Part shown: piece by piece, positions 58,656 to 64,000 of the stretch
Layout of the letters: each line of letters begins with the position of its first letter
Position numbering within the stretch: the stretch's first letter is position 1
Assembly (NCBI GenBank): GCA_016219175.1
Contig: JACRCD010000044.1
Coordinates: 54,116 to 118,115, forward strand
Origin: Deltaproteobacteria bacterium
Lineage (GTDB): Bacteria; Desulfobacterota; Desulfobulbia; Desulfobulbales; SURF-16
Direction of reading: 5' to 3'
DNA: 64,000 bases
Made by a program: the position numbers and the translations under genes
The notes under the pieces: generated by a model
The model's input: the letters and a program-made list of their open reading frames with translations, nothing else
Database searches by the model: none
Told to the model about the DNA's origin: nothing

Positions 58656-58829
58656 GATTCCTGCTGGAAAAAGGGCTATCCCGCCTTCATGGTCACCGCT
58701 ACCGCCCCGTGCCGCTATCCGTCTTATCACACAGGGCAAGACACCCTGGACAAGGTGCGGTTTGCCCCCTTGGCCCGGGTGACCGGGGGGTTATTTACGA
58801 TGTTTGCCGAATTGGCTGGCCGGGGGTAA
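58656..58829 (+). pseudogene. C-terminal remnant of an M28 family peptidase
   Basis: DSCWKKGYPAFMVTATAPCRYPSYHTGQDTLDKVRFAPLARVTGGL..* compared with the M28 pattern SFW..GYPA.MVTDTA.FR.P.YHT..DT.DK; no start or N-terminus. Confidence 0.72.
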
Positions 58830-58871
58830 GCGCCTATCTGTCCGGAGAGACCGGCTGTTGCCCTCTGGCCG

Positions 58872-61235
58872 TCAGCCCTCGGCTTCGACCCGCATGTAGC
58901 TGATCTGCCGGTTGATCAGATCATCCATGCGGGCCAGGTACGTTTCCAGGGGGAGCCCCAGGAGGGAGGCAAGTCCGACCCGCAGATCAAGGACCTGGAT
59001 ATCACCGGCCAGGGAGGGGGAATCGACAACCTTTTCCGCTTCCTCGTACCGGGTCATTTTTATCATGGCCTTGGCCCGGGTTATTGCCGCTTCCGTGCTG
59101 GCGGATGGGGTCCGACCGAGGATGGCCAGGGTTTTTTCAGGTTGGTTGGCGGTCAGCAGAATCCGGCCGGCATGCTCATGCATGGAACCGTCCGGAGGCA
59201 GCAGGTCAAGCAGATCATTGGCCTGCTCCCGCAAGCCGAGTTTCAGGTAAAAATTAAGCAGGCTGAGAAAGTCGGTCATCTCCTGGGTGAGCTTCCATGG
59301 TACGGAGTCCCTGAGGGTGAGGTAGTACAGATTCTCATTCTGCTTGCGCAGGCCGGCAAGATCATTGAAACGGTAAATGTTGCGCGGCGGATTTTCCAGA
59401 AGATCATTGATGTTTTGCAGCAAAACCGGCTCCATCACCTGATGCAGAAAGACCTGGAAGGAGACGCTTCGCCCGGCCAGCCCGGGGTGGCCGTAATCCC
59501 CGGGAAATCGTACCTCGAACTGGTTGACCGCACCTGCTCGCATGCCCAGCAGGCCACTCTCGAAATCAGGCAGCACCTTGCCGCTGCCCAGAACAGCGTC
59601 CTGGAAATAGGCCTCTGTCTCGGGCACAATCCGTCCGTCAAGCAGTCCCTTGCAGTCGTATATGACCCTGCAGCCCGGGGTAACCGTGCCTCGCCGTTTG
59701 AATTTGCAGCCGGTGAAGGGTCCGGCCAGGAACTGATTCGCCTCGGGGCTATGGGAAAATTTCTCCCGCAGGGTGGTCAGGCAGGCATGGGCCGCCTGAA
59801 ATTCCTCCAGCAGAAGATATATCTTCGCCAGCATGATGTGGGTTTCCGGACGACCGGCAAGCGCCTCGTGGTTGGCGGTAATAAAACCCGCCACTTCAAA
59901 AAGATTGCTGCCCGTGGCGATGTTTTCCGTGAAATCCTGACGGTTGAGGCGCCACAGCAACCCCATCTGTCTGATTTCTGCCGCGCTCATGGTTTCGGTA
60001 TGAAAGTCGCGGCAGATGCATTGGTAGGCAGGCCTGGTCATGGCCGAGGGTTTGATGCCATGGGCGGCTGGGTCGTCCAGCATGGGGATGCCGAAGAAGA
60101 GATGCAGCTGCTGGGAAATGGAATTGCCGCTGATCACCACCTGGTTTGCCTTGACGAAATCCAGGGTTTTTTCGGCGTGCCGGAAAGATTCACCGGGCAG
60201 GCCGAAGAGGGTGAAGAGTTCGACGTTGATGCCCGCTTCCCGCACCTGTTTGATGACGCTTGACATTTTTTCCGGATCAAGTCCTTTGTTGATCCTGGCC
60301 AGCACCCCCCTGTCAGCTGATTCAAGGCCGAAAGCCAGGGTGGTGGCCCCGGCTTTTTTGAGCAGGGCGAGCAGTTCCGCGTCAATGAGATTATATCTGG
60401 TCTGGCACCAGAAGGTGAGGCCGGGACATTCGGCAATGAGGCGCTGCAGCAGATCAACCAGCCGATTACGGGAATAGGCGAAGTTGGGATCGGCAAACCA
60501 CAGGTCATTGATCCCCCTGGCCCGCAGGTATTTGATTTCGGCAATCACCCGGTCCAGGGAATGAAACCGCACCTTTTTGTTGCTGGCCCGGGTCGTGTAG
60601 CAGAAGGTGCATGGCGAGGTGCAGCCCCGGGAGGTCAGCAGGATCACCCGGCTTTTGCCCCTGATGTCAATGATCTCTTCCAGGTAGGGCGAGGGCAGGA
60701 GATCCAGGTCGTCGGGAACAGGTGCGGCGGGGGTGGTGATAATTTTTTCCTGATCCAGGAAAGTGATGCCCGGCGCCTCGGAAAGCGGGCTGCCGTTATC
60801 GAGCGCCACGGCCAAAGCGGGCAGCACGCTTTCGGCTTCTCCCCGGCATAAGACGTCCACGTCTTTCATCTGCCGCAGGGCTTCGCCGTTCATGAAGGTA
60901 ACCTGGGGGCCGCCCAGGATTACCAGGATGTCCGGCCGGATCTGTTTGGCGTAGCGGGCCCAGACCAGGATCCTGTTGATGTTTTCCTCATAGGTCGAGA
61001 AGCCGAGTACCGCCGGTTTTGTTGACTGCAGTGTGTCGCGCAAGAGTTTGGGGGAAAGCGGGCTGCCTTTGTAGTCGCCAAAAATCGCGCCGCTGTAGCC
61101 GGATTTGTTGAGGGCGGCCAGACCGTAGCCTTGGGAGATGGGAATGGTGTCCGGCGAATCAATGGTTGCCCATTGGTTGACATGGATGAATAGAAATTGG
61201 GTTTTGTTTGCCTGTCGGCTTCGATTCATGATCAT
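58872..61235 (-). CDS. B12-binding radical SAM protein fused to a trigger-factor-type FKBP domain and TPR-like tail
   Basis: LGGPQ..GEAE B12 domain; SRGCTSPCTFC; FGLESA; G.RV..D..G.LDG..LGSG..LPDFE.GL.GM.AG..V.FP.DY...LAG....F.V. Confidence 0.88.
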   Translation of the reverse strand: MIMNRSRQANKTQFLFIHVNQWATIDSPDTIPISQGYGLAALNKSGYSGAIFGDYKGSPLSPKLLRDTLQSTKPAVLGFSTYEENINRILVWARYAKQIRPDILVILGGPQVTFMNGEALRQMKDVDVLCRGEAESVLPALAVALDNGSPLSEAPGITFLDQEKIITTPAAPVPDDLDLLPSPYLEEIIDIRGKSRVILLTSRGCTSPCTFCYTTRASNKKVRFHSLDRVIAEIKYLRARGINDLWFADPNFAYSRNRLVDLLQRLIAECPGLTFWCQTRYNLIDAELLALLKKAGATTLAFGLESADRGVLARINKGLDPEKMSSVIKQVREAGINVELFTLFGLPGESFRHAEKTLDFVKANQVVISGNSISQQLHLFFGIPMLDDPAAHGIKPSAMTRPAYQCICRDFHTETMSAAEIRQMGLLWRLNRQDFTENIATGSNLFEVAGFITANHEALAGRPETHIMLAKIYLLLEEFQAAHACLTTLREKFSHSPEANQFLAGPFTGCKFKRRGTVTPGCRVIYDCKGLLDGRIVPETEAYFQDAVLGSGKVLPDFESGLLGMRAGAVNQFEVRFPGDYGHPGLAGRSVSFQVFLHQVMEPVLLQNINDLLENPPRNIYRFNDLAGLRKQNENLYYLTLRDSVPWKLTQEMTDFLSLLNFYLKLGLREQANDLLDLLPPDGSMHEHAGRILLTANQPEKTLAILGRTPSASTEAAITRAKAMIKMTRYEEAEKVVDSPSLAGDIQVLDLRVGLASLLGLPLETYLARMDDLINRQISYMRVEAEG

Positions 61236-61492
61236 AACGGCTCCGCATAATCATATTTCGAGGTTCAAGATGTTTTTTGTCTGTTTGTCCTTTTTTTCCG
61301 GCGTGGCGGCAGGCCACGCGACAGAGCAAAATTATCTGGAAAAATTTCGCTTGTCAACCGGGTTTGCTCATATTGGCGGAAAAAAAGAGAGCCCCCTGCC
61401 ATGGGCAAATTGCTTTGTCGATTTTATCCCGGGGGCGTGATAGAATAACAAAACGGTGGTTAGCCGCCCGGTTGACAAAATGCGGATTAGAC

Positions 61493-61624
61493 GAGGCTCT
61501 TGCAAAATGGACTTGGGTGTCATTCCGAACGCAGTGAGGAATCTTTAATTGCTAGATTTTATTAGATTTCTCCCTTTGGTCGAAATGACAGGAACCACTC
61601 TTTTGCTTATTTTGCAAGAACCTC
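61493..61624 (+). mobile_element. MITE family B, copy 3 (132 bp)
   Basis: Same TIRs; perfect 4-bp TSD AGAC on both sides. Confidence 0.9.
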
Positions 61625-61682
61625 AGACGATACAAGCTTAAATTATAGGTACTTGTGCCTATAGGATGATTTTTTTGCCCTC

Positions 61683-62657
61683 ATGACCCAATACAGACCT
61701 CTGGCCATTATCACTCATCCGCAATACCTGGCGCATGACACGGGAGGAGGCGAGCATCCGGAATGCGCTGACCGGCTGCGCGTTATTCACAGGCAGCTCG
61801 GCAAGAGCCTTCTTGCGCCCTTTATCTCCGAGAGAGTGGCCATGAAGGCTACGAGGCAGGATATTCTTGCCTATCATGAAGAATCGTACCTTTTCCGCCT
61901 GGAAGAAACAGCGCTGAGGGGTCAGACCTATATCGATCACCGGGACAACCAGATCTGTTTTGAATCGTTTGAGGCGATTCTGCTGTCCGCGGGAGGGGGG
62001 CTGACCGGCATCGATCTGCTGGAAGAGCAGGGCCCGGACCTCTCTTTCTGCTGCGTCAGGCCGCCTGGCCACCATGCGGAAAAGGCGGCGGCCCTCGGTT
62101 TTTGTTTTATCAACAATGCGGCGGTGGCGGCACGATACTGGCAACGGTGCCACGGCCGGCAAAAAATCGCCATCATCGATTGGGACGCCCACCATGGCAA
62201 CGGCATTCAGGATGCCTTTGAGGATGATCCCGATGTTTTTTATATCAGCATCCATGAGCATCCGACCTTCAGTTTTCCGGGCACGGGTTATGCGGAGGAA
62301 AAAGGGCTGGGAGCGGGAGTGGGCGCAACCCTTAACATCCCTCTGCCGCCCGGCGCGGATGACGCTCTCTTTCTCCATGTTCTGGAGAGATATGTGGAGC
62401 CCGCCCTGGATGTTTTCCGGCCGGAAAGGCTGATTGTGGCGGCGGGATTTGACGGCCACGTGCTTGATGACATGTCCGGGCTTTCCTACAGCACGGAACT
62501 CTTTGGCGTGATCGGGGAGAGGATGTCGGCCCTGGCCGGTAAGCATTGCGAGGGGAAGGTTCTGTCAATTCTTGAGGGTGGATATCATCTTGACTCTCTG
62601 GCCGCCGGCGTGGAACGCTACCTGCTCGGCCTGGCTGGGATGCGGGTAAAGGAGTAA
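61683..62657 (+). CDS. histone deacetylase family protein (AcuC/AphA-like)
   Basis: HPE..DR, RPPGHHA, GFCFINN, DWDAHHGNG, AGFD, LEGGY. Confidence 0.95.
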   Translation: MTQYRPLAIITHPQYLAHDTGGGEHPECADRLRVIHRQLGKSLLAPFISERVAMKATRQDILAYHEESYLFRLEETALRGQTYIDHRDNQICFESFEAILLSAGGGLTGIDLLEEQGPDLSFCCVRPPGHHAEKAAALGFCFINNAAVAARYWQRCHGRQKIAIIDWDAHHGNGIQDAFEDDPDVFYISIHEHPTFSFPGTGYAEEKGLGAGVGATLNIPLPPGADDALFLHVLERYVEPALDVFRPERLIVAAGFDGHVLDDMSGLSYSTELFGVIGERMSALAGKHCEGKVLSILEGGYHLDSLAAGVERYLLGLAGMRVKE

Positions 62658-62660
62658 GGA

Positions 62661-63338
62661 ATGTATATAGCGCGTCATATGACCACATCGCCGGTAACCG
62701 TGACCCCGGACACTCTTTTGCCGGAAGTCCGTGAAATCATGAACAGCCGGAAATTCCGCCATCTGCCCGTGGTGGATGAGCGGAAACGTCTGATCGGCAT
62801 GATCACCGACAGGGATCTGCGCTCCGCCTACCCTTCCTCCCTGCTGCCGGAAGACAAACGGCAGGTTATTCTCGACAATGTGGCCAAAACGCAGGTCCGC
62901 TCGATCATGGCCCAGAAGCTCATCTCTCTTTCCCCCCTTGCCACCCTGGATGACGCCCTTTATTTTCTCTCCAGGGAGAAGGTCGGTTTGTTGCCGGTGG
63001 TTGATGAGGAGCAGCATATTCTCGGGGTTTTTTCCGTGCAGGATCTGATGAAGGCTTATAAGAAGCTTTACGGCATCGGGGAGCGCGGGTCGGCGCTCAT
63101 TGCCGTGGAAGACGACGGGCTGCCCAAGCCCCTGACCCGCATCGTCAGGGCCCTGGAAGAGAAAGAAATCCGTTTTTCACGTCTGACCAGGGTTCATGGA
63201 GAGCAAGGGGAAAAGAATATTATCTACCTGCGGGTACACACCTTTAACCTCAATGGGGTGCACAAGGCGCTCAAGGAAATAGGCATGGCCATCATTGTGC
63301 CGGATTTACACGACATGCTTGGTAAAAGCCGCTCCTGA
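62661..63338 (+). CDS. acuB: CBS-CBS-ACT protein (AcuB-like)
   Basis: Two CBS domains (FRHLPVVD, GMITDRDL, LPVVD) plus C-terminal ACT-like region; follows the deacetylase gene. Confidence 0.85.
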   Translation: MYIARHMTTSPVTVTPDTLLPEVREIMNSRKFRHLPVVDERKRLIGMITDRDLRSAYPSSLLPEDKRQVILDNVAKTQVRSIMAQKLISLSPLATLDDALYFLSREKVGLLPVVDEEQHILGVFSVQDLMKAYKKLYGIGERGSALIAVEDDGLPKPLTRIVRALEEKEIRFSRLTRVHGEQGEKNIIYLRVHTFNLNGVHKALKEIGMAIIVPDLHDMLGKSRS

Positions 63339-63380
63339 CCGAGCTCAGGTAATCTTCATCTCACCCTTGTCCCTGCGCCC

Positions 63381-64000
63381 ATGCCGATGAGAAACACCTT
63401 GCCCCTAAAAACTTTTATCACGCTGACGGTTCTGATCGGCCTTGTCGAGTATGGACTCATGTATTTTCTCGGCGCCACTCCGGTTGACCAGCATGCCTTT
63501 GCCGTGGGCACCCTGGATTCCCTGCTCCTTATTCTCATTCTTTTTCCGTTTCTGTATCTGCTCGTCTACAAACCCTTTAATAAAAACATCCAGAATCTCA
63601 CCCTGGCCAAGGAAAGCGCGGAGGAGTCCCACGACCGTCTTCTTGCGGTGCTAGACAGTATCGATGCCATCGTTTACGTGGCCGACATGCAGACCCATGA
63701 GCTGCTTTTTGTGAACAAATTCGCCAGGGAAATATTTGGCGATATCCGCGGGGAGATATGCTGGCAGACTTTACAGGCCGGCCAGAGCGGGCCATGCTCC
63801 TTCTGCACCAACGATAAACTGGTCGATGCCGCCGGACTGCCCTTGACATGCAGATGGGAATTCCGCAATACGATTGACGGGCGCTGGTATGATATCCGGG
63901 ACAGGGCGGTGCGCTGGATTGACGGCAACCTGGTGCGCCTGGAAGTTGCAACCGACATTACCGAACGCAGAAAATCCGAGGAAAAAATCAAACAGCAGAA
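63381..64000 (+). CDS. membrane PAS sensor protein (3' truncated by window)
   Basis: Own translation: two TMs, then VLDSIDAIVYVAD..ELLFVN..CW..CSFC..DITERR; frame open to the window end. Confidence 0.85.
   Translation, partial: MPMRNTLPLKTFITLTVLIGLVEYGLMYFLGATPVDQHAFAVGTLDSLLLILILFPFLYLLVYKPFNKNIQNLTLAKESAEESHDRLLAVLDSIDAIVYVADMQTHELLFVNKFAREIFGDIRGEICWQTLQAGQSGPCSFCTNDKLVDAAGLPLTCRWEFRNTIDGRWYDIRDRAVRWIDGNLVRLEVATDITERRKSEEKIKQQ

Noticed and set aside
1-64000. CRISPR array, tRNA/rRNA genes, prophage or transposase genes
   Set aside because: I saw no regularly spaced repeats, tRNA/rRNA signatures, phage genes or transposase motifs by eye

Overview
This is a gene-dense chromosomal window, most likely from a sulfate/sulfur-reducing deltaproteobacterium (Desulfobacterota, Desulfobulbales-like). 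The assignment is inferred from gene content, sigma54 promoters and the repeat families. Housekeeping genes include two glycogen phosphorylases, pyk, a beta-carbonic anhydrase, a ribD-C/PP-loop/folE2/CCA operon, a split LetA plus 7-MCE LetB system, yhaO-yhaN and acuC-acuB. Signalling content is heavy: three hybrid kinases, four GGDEF/EAL/HD-GYP enzymes, three PilZ-type genes and a sigma54-driven GEMM-I riboswitch. There are two non-autonomous MITE families, each with three copies and target-site duplications, and one copy is nested inside the other family. Three hidden pseudogene remnants (PilZ, HisKA, M28 peptidase) were read directly from intergenic DNA. The most unusual region is 51.6-63.3 kb. 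It encodes a ubiquitin-conjugating (E2/UBC)-like domain fused to a TM helix and TPRs with no E1 or Ubl nearby, a soluble ClpB-AAA/FtsH-AAA/M41 fusion with both Walker B glutamates lost, and a B12 radical SAM enzyme fused to a trigger-factor-type FKBP domain. All domain calls come from motif recognition by eye; no database searches were run.
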